Below, piece by piece: positions 1 through 8,386 of a DNA stretch of 64,000 bases. The DNA comes from a virus (taxonomy: Duplodnaviria > Heunggongvirae > Uroviricota > Caudoviricetes). The DNA is taken from IMG/VR virus record IMGVR_UViG_3300022871_000010. One strand, written 5' to 3'. The notes beneath the pieces are model-generated. The model had not been told where the DNA came from and did not search any database. It worked only from the letters and a program-made list of their open reading frames with translations. The position numbers and the translations under genes are program-made. Each line of letters begins with the position of its first letter. Within the stretch, counting starts at the first letter, position 1.

Positions 1-302
1 GTGTTCTTACAATTGATATTTCTTTTCGTAATATTCTTGATGTATATCCTTTTAATTGTTGAACTATCCAATGAACTGCTTGTGTTGGACTGGCACTAAT
101 AAACAAATGTATGTGGTCTTTATCAGTTTCCATTTTTTTAATTGTTATATTAATATTTTTTGCTTTTTCTTTTAATAATTGTTTTAATCTAATATCCACA
201 TAATCAACTAATAATTTTTTACGATATTTAACACACCAAATAATATGATAATTAATATTATAAACGGTTGTTTTTGATTTTTTCCATCTTTCTATTGCCA
301 TT
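1..302 (-). mobile_element. tnpA: IS200/IS605-family TnpA (Y1/HUH transposase). The gene runs off the window edge; the ATG is the reverse complement of CAT at 300-302.
   Basis: Minus-strand translation MAIERWKKSKTTVYNINYHIIWCVKYRKKLL...HIHLFISASPTQAVHWIVQQLKGYTSRILRKE matches the TnpA N-terminus and the HxH-hydrophobic HUH motif. Confidence 0.75.
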
Positions 303-349
303 ATGTATACACCATGTATCTAATATATAAATGTTGCGGTCTAAATTCT

Positions 350-393
350 TCCCACCACTAAAGATAGTGGGATTGCTTTAGACATTAATTTTC
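350..393. repeat. 44-46 bp element with the hairpin CCCACTAAAGATAGTGGG, in a candidate IS200/IS605 left-end subterminal position (copy 1). It overlaps the last codons of the 378..4604 gene.
   Basis: An exact copy sits in the same transcriptional orientation at about 33955-34010. An internal 6-7 bp stem-loop is visible. Confidence 0.55.
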
Positions 394-3300
394 ATGCTCA
401 TGATGTTTTTTAATTTATTTTTTAATGATAACGATTTAGTTTTAGATACTTTATTTGCTGTGGACTTTTTTAATCCTGTATTAACTACACTAGGGACTTT
501 GTTAGTCATTGGCATTTTAAACCCTTGATTAACTGCTTTAGGTGTTTGCATTGCCATAGCATTTTTCATTGTTCCCATAATGTTTGGTTTAGCTGTAGTT
601 ATTGGGTTTTTATAAGTATCTCTAAAACTATTTCCTGAAGCAATATTTTTTCCGAACAATCTATCGACTGCATTGTTTGCTTTATCATAACTTGATTGTT
701 GTGGTTTTTTTTCAAAAAAAGTTTTTGCATAATTTTGTATTTTGTTATCTACTAACCAACTATCCATATAATTTCCACCATTACCTCGACCATACTTTTT
801 AGGTAAAGATACTTTCCCATAAGGCAAAATCATCGCACTAGAAAATACTCCAGTCATTGTGTTTGTATTTGCAAGAACATTGGTATATGTGTTTGCCTGT
901 GCTTGTGTTTGTGCTTGTGCTTGTGCTTGTGCCTGAGCTTGTGCTTGAGCTTGTGCTTGTGTTTGTGCCTGAGCTTGTGTATTTGGGTTTGCTTGTGCCT
1001 GAGCTTGTGCTTGAGCTTGGGCTTTTGTTTGTTCCTGAGATTGTGTATTGAGTATTTCTTGAATTTTTGTGTCCATAGCAGTCTCTTGTGATTGTTGAGA
1101 TGCCCCTGTATTAAACATATTAATTAAATTTTTATTTGCCGCAAAAGTTTCTTTTGAAGATATATAAGAATTTGTTTTAGATTTAGCTTGTGTGCTGGTT
1201 TGAATTTGTTCTGCAATACTAGCTGTACGAACCTTTGCTGTTTCGGCTTTCATATAAGTTTTCATTTGTGTTAAAGATTTTACATTCGTTGGGCTTGCAT
1301 CAAACGTTTGTATTCCAGTAAAAGTATTTACTTTAATTTTGTTTCCTTCAATTGAAACATCTTTAACATCTGAAACTTCTATAGTATTTGAATCCGTAGA
1401 CCCACCGACAGTGTTCACAAAAGTAAATACTTTAGGTTTCATTCTCATTGTAACTTTAGAAGCTATCCCGGGAATATATTTTTCCATGGCATCACCAATC
1501 TTATCTCCACCTTTTTCAAACCAATCAGTCCAATACCCTGTTTTTTCCAAAATTTTATTTATCTTACCGCCTGCCCCAGATTTCGTCATAGCCCCACCTA
1601 TTAATCCTGATGTCACTGCACCCCATGTTGCGGCACTTACTAAACCACTAGGTGTAACTTCTTTATGAGCTCTATATCTATTAGTTGCATAAACAGCTAT
1701 ACCTTCTGGAACTCCTGCTTTTGCTATTGTGGTGGCACCAGTCCAAAAAGATTTTTCTGGGGCCCCTGCTAATACTGCTCTGGAATAAGTTCCTCTACCT
1801 ATAATTTCTGACGCTGCATTCGCAGAAAATAATGCTCCTACTTCAGCCAATCTTCCTGTCCATCTATCTTTTACAGTAGCACTTACTGCACTGTCTGCTT
1901 CTGCATCTGAATATCCTAAACTTAAATAATAATCTTTTGTACCTTTTGTAAAATCTTTACCTGATGCTGAAACTCCTGGAATCCATCCAGCTACTGGAAG
2001 GTCTCCTAGGAAACTTCTAGCAACTCCATCCCATCCGCCACCAGTTAATTTTCCTTTATCATCATATTTATCATTATAATCAAACCAACCTTTACTTTGT
2101 TCTAAATCTTCTAAAATATCTCCTGCTTGAAAACCCTTATCAAATTGTTCCGGGTTCATTCTAAAGTCTTTTTCTTTATCAGTACTTATACCATAACTTG
2201 TAACTCTTCCGCCTTCCATCCATAATGGTGCCCCGGTCGCATATTTGGCTGCGAAAGTTAATAATGCTGGTGGGGCTGTTGCTGCTACTAGTAATGCTCC
2301 TCCTGCTACAGTTGTAAATTCTGTGGCTTTACGTAAAGGTGTTTTTCCTAAACCATAAAATTCTGCAGTATCTGCGCGTTCACCATAATCTAATGTATAC
2401 GGGGTTTCTTCAACCACTGCTTGCTTTACAGTTTCTGTCCCAAGTTGTCCTATTCCTTGAACTCCTTTAGTTGCCATGCTACCAAATAATTTAACACCTC
2501 TATCTTTTATTAAATTTCCAACATTTAATAAAACCCTTGCAGCATCTCCTTTCTCACTTAAAACATTTTTTGGAACTTCTTTATCTGCAACAACAATTTT
2601 ATCTGACATTAACTGGTCCCATGCTGAAAATACTTTTTTTTCACTTTCCACAACCTTTGAGGCTGCTACAATATCTCCTTTATTTGTTATATCTGCTTCT
2701 CTAATAATTGGTAATGTATAATCAATAAAATCATCTCTAATTTTAGTTTTTTCTTTTTCTGCTTTATTATATTTATCACTTTCTTCTTTAGTAAAATCTA
2801 AATTTTCTACACTTGTACTAAAATCACTCCAAAACTTATTATCTGCTGCGTCTACTTCTTCACCTATTTTTTTATAATATTTTTCGGCCGCATCTACTCC
2901 TTCTTGAGTTCTATAGACAAATTTATTAGTTTTAGTTCCATCGTCACCTACATATGTTTGCATATAACCATCTGCGGTTTGTTGATATTCTGTTATTTTG
3001 TTTTCAACAATTTCTTTTCCTGTTTCATACCTAGACTCAGAACCCATATTTCCGATAAGCATTGCTCCTACTTTTGCAGGTGTAAGCTTTGAAATATCTA
3101 CATCCGAAGGTTTTATAATTGGAGTTGTTGTATCTGCGTTTGATTCTTCCGCTACAGCTTCTTGATATAATCTAGCCCCTTTATCATATGTTACTGGGTT
3201 ATCAATCATATCTCCAACACGTTCATCACCAATCATTGTATTTAATATTTTTTCTGAATTAATTTTTGTATCTTTATCCTGATTTTTTTTTAAATCAAGT

Positions 3301-4604
3301 TGTATATTTAGAGGGGCTTGTGCTAATTCTATACTTCTTTTATCTAATGCTTTTGCGAACCATGCATTTTCTTTATCATCCCCAAAAAATTTATTGTCTA
3401 TTGCTGCATCATGTTCTATTGCTAATGATTGTAAATCAAGTGAACTTGTTCCTGCATTAATTCTAGTTTGCCAATCTTGTTGGTGTGCATATTCTTTAGT
3501 ATCTTTAGCATCTGTTGGTTTTCCAAATATTTTATCTCTCCAGGACTCGGCTTTTTTATATGGTGATATAAGTGAATTAATAGTATTTGTTGCTTTATCT
3601 TGTCTCAACTCTGCGGCTCTTTGTTCAGAAGCTTTTATATCTATAAAGGTTCTATCATTTGGTATTCTTGGCCCAGGCATTATAGCCCCTGTTGGCGCGT
3701 CAGCTGTTGCTAAACGTTCAATAATTGTGTCAGGGATTGTTCCTGTAGGCGTTTCCACTATAAAAGACCCTGGCATAGAAGTTGTATCTTTAGGGGTTGT
3801 TGGATATAATGTTGTGTTTAAAAAATCTTTAGTTGCCACTTTAGTTTTAATTCCTGAATTTTTATTTGTTGGATAACGGTTACTTAAAAAACTTACTGGT
3901 TCTTTTTGAATATATGAACTAACAACTGAAGATGCTATAGCCTGTCTTTGTTTTTCATTAATTGCATTATTTCTATTAGCAACAATGTTCATTCTATCCT
4001 TAGCGCCTTTAGTGTCTATGATGGACATGCTGTTTATAAAGCTTTGTGAATTTTGTTGTATTCTAGGACCAACTTGTGAGGCCATTTTATTTTGCACTGC
4101 CATAGCTTGTTGTAGTTGTTTATTTGATATTATAGCTGCTTGTTGTTTAGCTTTTATTTGTGCTTCTTTAGCCCGTGCTTTATTTTGTAAAGCCACCAAC
4201 TGATTGTTTGTTACTGCATTATGAATTTCATTAGGTGTTGCAATAGTTCTTCCAGAAGAATCAACATAACCAAACTCTCTACTTGAAGTTCCTGCCACGC
4301 CCATATTTATACTATTACTCGATTGAAGATTATTAAAAAAATTCATTGCAGGGTCAAATGATTGTGGAACTGCATTATTAGAAGAAGTTTTTCCAGAAAT
4401 TTTTTTGGCTTTAGCCTGTGCAGCTGCAATCTTTCTCGCCCTAGTGGCATTGTTGTCTCCAGGGTTAATTGTAGTACTGCTACCACGATTACTTGAAGAA
4501 CCTGAACTACTAGATGAAGAACTTGAAGATGCTTTAGCCGTACTCTGTTGCTGATTACTAGTCATTAAACTTCTAAGATAATCAGCATTATTCATAGCTG
4601 TCAT
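378..4604 (-). CDS. Large (1408 aa) low-complexity, coiled-coil, Gly-rich protein. It is possibly tail tape-measure-like or structural; function uncertain.
   Basis: Long ORF with a Ser-rich N-terminus, a (QA)n/(QT)n repeat, and a Gly/Ala/Trp-rich C-terminal half (GGGWDGVARSFLGDLPVAGWIPG). No catalytic motifs were recognised. Confidence 0.35.
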   Translation of the reverse strand: MTAMNNADYLRSLMTSNQQQSTAKASSSSSSSSSGSSSNRGSSTTINPGDNNATRARKIAAAQAKAKKISGKTSSNNAVPQSFDPAMNFFNNLQSSNSINMGVAGTSSREFGYVDSSGRTIATPNEIHNAVTNNQLVALQNKARAKEAQIKAKQQAAIISNKQLQQAMAVQNKMASQVGPRIQQNSQSFINSMSIIDTKGAKDRMNIVANRNNAINEKQRQAIASSVVSSYIQKEPVSFLSNRYPTNKNSGIKTKVATKDFLNTTLYPTTPKDTTSMPGSFIVETPTGTIPDTIIERLATADAPTGAIMPGPRIPNDRTFIDIKASEQRAAELRQDKATNTINSLISPYKKAESWRDKIFGKPTDAKDTKEYAHQQDWQTRINAGTSSLDLQSLAIEHDAAIDNKFFGDDKENAWFAKALDKRSIELAQAPLNIQLDLKKNQDKDTKINSEKILNTMIGDERVGDMIDNPVTYDKGARLYQEAVAEESNADTTTPIIKPSDVDISKLTPAKVGAMLIGNMGSESRYETGKEIVENKITEYQQTADGYMQTYVGDDGTKTNKFVYRTQEGVDAAEKYYKKIGEEVDAADNKFWSDFSTSVENLDFTKEESDKYNKAEKEKTKIRDDFIDYTLPIIREADITNKGDIVAASKVVESEKKVFSAWDQLMSDKIVVADKEVPKNVLSEKGDAARVLLNVGNLIKDRGVKLFGSMATKGVQGIGQLGTETVKQAVVEETPYTLDYGERADTAEFYGLGKTPLRKATEFTTVAGGALLVAATAPPALLTFAAKYATGAPLWMEGGRVTSYGISTDKEKDFRMNPEQFDKGFQAGDILEDLEQSKGWFDYNDKYDDKGKLTGGGWDGVARSFLGDLPVAGWIPGVSASGKDFTKGTKDYYLSLGYSDAEADSAVSATVKDRWTGRLAEVGALFSANAASEIIGRGTYSRAVLAGAPEKSFWTGATTIAKAGVPEGIAVYATNRYRAHKEVTPSGLVSAATWGAVTSGLIGGAMTKSGAGGKINKILEKTGYWTDWFEKGGDKIGDAMEKYIPGIASKVTMRMKPKVFTFVNTVGGSTDSNTIEVSDVKDVSIEGNKIKVNTFTGIQTFDASPTNVKSLTQMKTYMKAETAKVRTASIAEQIQTSTQAKSKTNSYISSKETFAANKNLINMFNTGASQQSQETAMDTKIQEILNTQSQEQTKAQAQAQAQAQANPNTQAQAQTQAQAQAQAQAQAQAQAQTQAQANTYTNVLANTNTMTGVFSSAMILPYGKVSLPKKYGRGNGGNYMDSWLVDNKIQNYAKTFFEKKPQQSSYDKANNAVDRLFGKNIASGNSFRDTYKNPITTAKPNIMGTMKNAMAMQTPKAVNQGFKMPMTNKVPSVVNTGLKKSTANKVSKTKSLSLKNKLKNIMSMKINV
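893..1045. repeat. In-frame imperfect hexanucleotide tandem repeat (gcttgt/gcctga units) encoding (QA)n/(QT)n in the minus-strand ORF.
   Basis: Direct reading of the sequence. The spurious plus-strand ORFs 857..1051 and 903..1091 (LVLV / CLCL) are artefacts of this repeat. Confidence 0.9.
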
Positions 4605-4606
4605 AT

Positions 4607-6061
4607 TTACCAGAACCTCTCGGAAGTAGTTTTACCAGTATCTGGGTTTAAAAATGAATAACCTCTAACTCCATAGTTGTAACGATAATCATCTTTGTAT
4701 ATAGGTTTAGCATTTGGGTCTAACACCATTTCATAAGATGGTGAACTACCATAAGCATTAGTTGGATGGTCTTCACTCAATGTATTTTTAATGTAAGAAT
4801 CTCTATCAAAATTAACTTTTCTAAAAGTATTTCCTTTAGCTGCGCCATAATCTATTTGGCCAATGTTTTTATCACCGACAAAATATTGTTCTGATTTTAA
4901 CTGAGCCTTTTGGTTTATATCTCTAACAACAGTTCTTCCGCCATCACTATAATTACCTTGTTGGGTTCTTTTATAATTAGTTATGAAAGGTGAATAAGTC
5001 TTAACCACAGATGTTGCGTTGTTTGGAGAGTAAACACTTTCTTTTTTCAAATAAGCTTCTCTACGAGTATTCTCAAAATCACTACTGTTTCCTCTAGCAT
5101 AACGATTTTTTTCATAATTAGATTTTGCATAATCACCATACAAACTTTTTTTAAGTAACCCGCCAGTAGCAGCATATTCACTAACCTTATCTAAACGCAC
5201 AGCTCTTTTTTTATCTCTTTTAGTATCATCATCATCTGAATCTTCACGATAATAACTTTCAAAAGTTGTTCTTCCAAGAATTTTTTTTGTTATTCCAGTC
5301 TTGTAATAATCTTTTTCAGAAGATACATAAGGAGTATATTCTTTATCATATCTTTTATATCTATCATCTTTATCAGTATATTCATACAAGTTATTGTTTA
5401 TTCCTCTTTTAACTATTCTAGAAATTTTATTAGTTTCTGGGTTTATATAAACTTCTGCAGGAACATAAGTTTTATTAGTTATTTCTTTTTTAGTCTCTCC
5501 GCCATCTCTTTTATAATAATGCTTTTTAGCTAAATACTCCTGCGTTGGAGCTTTATACACATTACCTGTTTTAATAAAATTATCAGGAATATCTAACTTC
5601 CATCCCTTATTAATTAATTTAGTAGATGTGGGGGCTAAAGAAAAAGTTCCTTTTTGATAATCACTACGTACTGTCAAATTATCGCCTTTCTTTGAAAACC
5701 CAGAAATAAGTTCTGAACCTTTAAGTTTTGTTAAGAAAGTATTTTGTGCTACTGCTATTTGTTTTTTCCCTGCTATACCTGTTAAAGTATCTGGCATGAA
5801 AGACTTCAGACTAATATTTTTTCCTGAATATAGTGAATAATTTAAATTGTCAAACGGAGTTGCTTTGGATAACGTGTTTGCACTATGTTGCATTCTAGCC
5901 ATTTTTGAACTGAAAGAACCAGATTTTGTTGGAGTGTTAGTTTTATAACTTGGAAGCCTAGAAGACGATTTTGAAGCCGAACTACTCTTTCCTCGTTTAC
6001 CTTGATTTTGCATCATTTTGAATACCTCATTAAACATAGCTACTATTGGGCGGCTACTCAT
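4607..6061 (-). CDS. Hypothetical Y/K/D/N-rich protein (484 aa). Its stop abuts the start of the 1408-aa gene, so the two are probably co-transcribed.
   Basis: Long ORF with a 3-nt gap to the downstream gene. Confidence 0.6.
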   Translation of the reverse strand: MSSRPIVAMFNEVFKMMQNQGKRGKSSSASKSSSRLPSYKTNTPTKSGSFSSKMARMQHSANTLSKATPFDNLNYSLYSGKNISLKSFMPDTLTGIAGKKQIAVAQNTFLTKLKGSELISGFSKKGDNLTVRSDYQKGTFSLAPTSTKLINKGWKLDIPDNFIKTGNVYKAPTQEYLAKKHYYKRDGGETKKEITNKTYVPAEVYINPETNKISRIVKRGINNNLYEYTDKDDRYKRYDKEYTPYVSSEKDYYKTGITKKILGRTTFESYYREDSDDDDTKRDKKRAVRLDKVSEYAATGGLLKKSLYGDYAKSNYEKNRYARGNSSDFENTRREAYLKKESVYSPNNATSVVKTYSPFITNYKRTQQGNYSDGGRTVVRDINQKAQLKSEQYFVGDKNIGQIDYGAAKGNTFRKVNFDRDSYIKNTLSEDHPTNAYGSSPSYEMVLDPNAKPIYKDDYRYNYGVRGYSFLNPDTGKTTSERFW

Positions 6062-6384
6062 TTATATATATATTTTTTATAACGAGTGGTATATAAGAAA
6101 ATGCTTGGGGAGGAAAAAGAAAGAATTGGATAAAACTTAAAAACCTCCCCAAGGCTAAAAGACATTCCGAGGTCGAAACGATTATTGAATACCAGAGACA
6201 CAAATGTTTTCTTTGGAGGAAAATGATGCCCTCTGATAAAAATAATTATAAAGTGCCAGGGAATTAATTAGGGTTAACATCCCTGGCTAGGTTTGATTTT
6301 ATGAAAAGAGTATGATATCATTAATATGATTTCATAAGTTTCTAAAAAGTATTAGGGTATATAAACCTTTCGATTTACAACCAA

Positions 6385-6903
6385 TTAATACATCTTTGAA
6401 TAAGGCACTCGCTCATCAAAATCTTTTTTCCAATCAATATGTGTTAAAATTCCCATCTCTAAAAGTTTGTCTGAAATAGATTGTTCTTTAACAACACCAT
6501 AACCTTCCTTGTAACACTCATCAACTTTCTTCATTGACATTACTTTTGTTTTAAACTGTTTAGACAACCGCTCATCTTTAGGAAAATCCTTCTTGAAATG
6601 CGCAGACAGCTTGTCATACATTTTTAGACTATCTTTATATTCTTCTTCTTCCATCTCTTCAGTCCCACGAATAAATATAGTTTTCCATTCTAGATAAAAA
6701 TGCAAATCCTCACGTTCTCTGTCAGACTGTAAAACAAATTGTAACCGCCCATCAGCATTAGCTTTACGCTTTGCCTTGATAAAACTCTGGGTAATAATTT
6801 GCCAAATGTTTTCTTGAAATGTCATTAAGCCTTTAACCTTTACTGCAGTTCTTCTGAACCAACTTTGGGGAACTCTACGTCCCACTCTAACTACTACTGT
6901 CAT
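6385..6903 (-). CDS. Hypothetical protein (172 aa).
   Basis: ORF with an acidic stretch (EEMEEEEY). No recognisable motif. Confidence 0.5.
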   Translation of the reverse strand: MTVVVRVGRRVPQSWFRRTAVKVKGLMTFQENIWQIITQSFIKAKRKANADGRLQFVLQSDREREDLHFYLEWKTIFIRGTEEMEEEEYKDSLKMYDKLSAHFKKDFPKDERLSKQFKTKVMSMKKVDECYKEGYGVVKEQSISDKLLEMGILTHIDWKKDFDERVPYSKMY

Positions 6904-6918
6904 CTTATCTCCTCCTGG

Positions 6919-7335
6919 TCATTTAAAAAATATTGAAAAATCATCATCTTCTAAATGAAATTTTTTTAATACAAAATTAACTATCATCGGTAAACCGATT
7001 GCATACAATACTATCATCCACAAAGAAAATTGATAAACAATATAATGCGCCCATAAGCGTTTAGTCGAAATGAACACTGCAACAACTAAAGCAATTTTTA
7101 ATATTACTTTACTGGCTGAATTAATAGTTATCTTTTGTGGAATCTTTTTTGGATACTTTAAATCTAAAAACCTTTTCTGGTCCTCAATAGTTTTATGCTC
7201 TTGATTACGCAACATGTTCATTTCTTCACGTTTCACTTTATGTTCTTCACGACTCTTTTTAGAAAACAATCGTTTCACTACATTATACACATAGGACAAA
7301 GTAAAAATTATAAAAAGATTAGTTGCAAGGTTCAC
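6919..7335 (-). CDS. Hypothetical membrane protein (138 aa).
   Basis: Two to three hydrophobic helices (LATNLFIIFTLSYVY; ILKIALVVAVFI; MIVLYAIGLPMIVNFVL). Confidence 0.5.
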   Translation of the reverse strand: MNLATNLFIIFTLSYVYNVVKRLFSKKSREEHKVKREEMNMLRNQEHKTIEDQKRFLDLKYPKKIPQKITINSASKVILKIALVVAVFISTKRLWAHYIVYQFSLWMIVLYAIGLPMIVNFVLKKFHLEDDDFSIFFK

Positions 7336-7337
7336 AA

Positions 7338-7658
7338 TCAGTAAACCTCCATAAGATTATATTTGCTAATAAAATAATCTTTGCATGATGGTTTAATATC
7401 ATACCAAACTCTATATTTTCCAAACGTAAAAACTACTTCAAAAAAATCCTTTTGTTCAAACTCATTTCTTCCTGAAGAAATTTCTATATTATCATGGCAA
7501 GTACATTGTTCCACAACCCAATCAATCGACTTAGGAAAGTCTATTATTGGTTGGCATTTATGTCTATCAATACTATGTGTTTTTATATTATTATGAAAAT
7601 GTTTAATATCTTTCAATACTGCAGTTCCATCATATTTTGTTTTTTTCAGTTCCGTCAT
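7338..7658 (-). CDS. Hypothetical protein (106 aa).
   Basis: ORF in a tight operon-like arrangement with its neighbours. Confidence 0.45.
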   Translation of the reverse strand: MTELKKTKYDGTAVLKDIKHFHNNIKTHSIDRHKCQPIIDFPKSIDWVVEQCTCHDNIEISSGRNEFEQKDFFEVVFTFGKYRVWYDIKPSCKDYFISKYNLMEVY

Positions 7659-7956
7659 CTTTAATCGTCTCTATTAAATAATTTTTAATACTTTCAACAT
7701 CAACCTTAACCAAATCAAAATTTACTGGTTTGGTAAAGTTCGCAACAATTATATCAGGTTGTGCTTTTGGAAAATAATTTTTAACCAAAATACAATACCT
7801 ATTAAACCCGTTGTCTAAGGTGTCTGTAATTTTTTTTGTAACATGAGTTAACATTCTTTTTCTATAATAAATAACTTCCGCATTATACAATGCAATCATA
7901 CGAGCAACATGTGTTGCCCTAACTTCTATTTTTATTTTTATATCCTTCACTCCCAA
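7630..7956 (-). CDS. Hypothetical protein (108 aa).
   Basis: ORF with small overlaps to the flanking genes. Confidence 0.45.
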   Translation of the reverse strand: MGVKDIKIKIEVRATHVARMIALYNAEVIYYRKRMLTHVTKKITDTLDNGFNRYCILVKNYFPKAQPDIIVANFTKPVNFDLVKVDVESIKNYLIETIKDDGTEKNKI

Positions 7957-8228
7957 ATTCTAGCACCCGAATCTCTGATACTATAACTAGGAACTAAAAA
8001 TGGTTCATCACTAAAAACCCACCTAGACCAATTAGGCCCTTGGAGTTCCCAATAATTTTCTAACAAAATACTTCCTTCTTTATTTTTATATTCGTGAGTA
8101 TAAAAAATTCTTATTCCAGTAACATGCCTAATGACAATAATTTTGTAATCTCTATCTGGAGTACAAAACATTGACAACCCAAAACGAGTTCCAGGAATTT
8201 TTAGTTTCCAAATTTTATTTTCTTTCAA
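7947..8228 (-). CDS. Hypothetical protein (93 aa).
   Basis: ORF only. Confidence 0.4.
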   Translation of the reverse strand: MKENKIWKLKIPGTRFGLSMFCTPDRDYKIIVIRHVTGIRIFYTHEYKNKEGSILLENYWELQGPNWSRWVFSDEPFLVPSYSIRDSGARIWE

Positions 8229-8386
8229 AAGACGAGATACTCTTCTACGTAAAATAACTTGTAAAGTTCCCTCATCTTTTAAAAATTGTAAAATACTATT
8301 ATAAGTTTGTGGAGCATTTTTTATTACTGCAGCAATGTCTTCATCATTATGAACTGTCGCTCTTATTACTTCCTCTTTATTGTTAA

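Noticed and set aside
857-1091. Plus-strand ORFs 857..1051 and 903..1091 (LVLVLV / CLCLCL proteins).
   Set aside because: They are artefacts of the hexanucleotide repeat and lie inside the long minus-strand ORF. Their composition is implausible.
1339-4203. Several plus-strand ORFs (1339..1668, 2476..2721, 2904..3092, 3266..3460, 3394..3876, 3985..4203) inside the 1408-aa gene.
   Set aside because: They are wholly embedded antisense to a long, strongly supported ORF. They lack RBS or promoter context and are typical AT-rich shadow ORFs.
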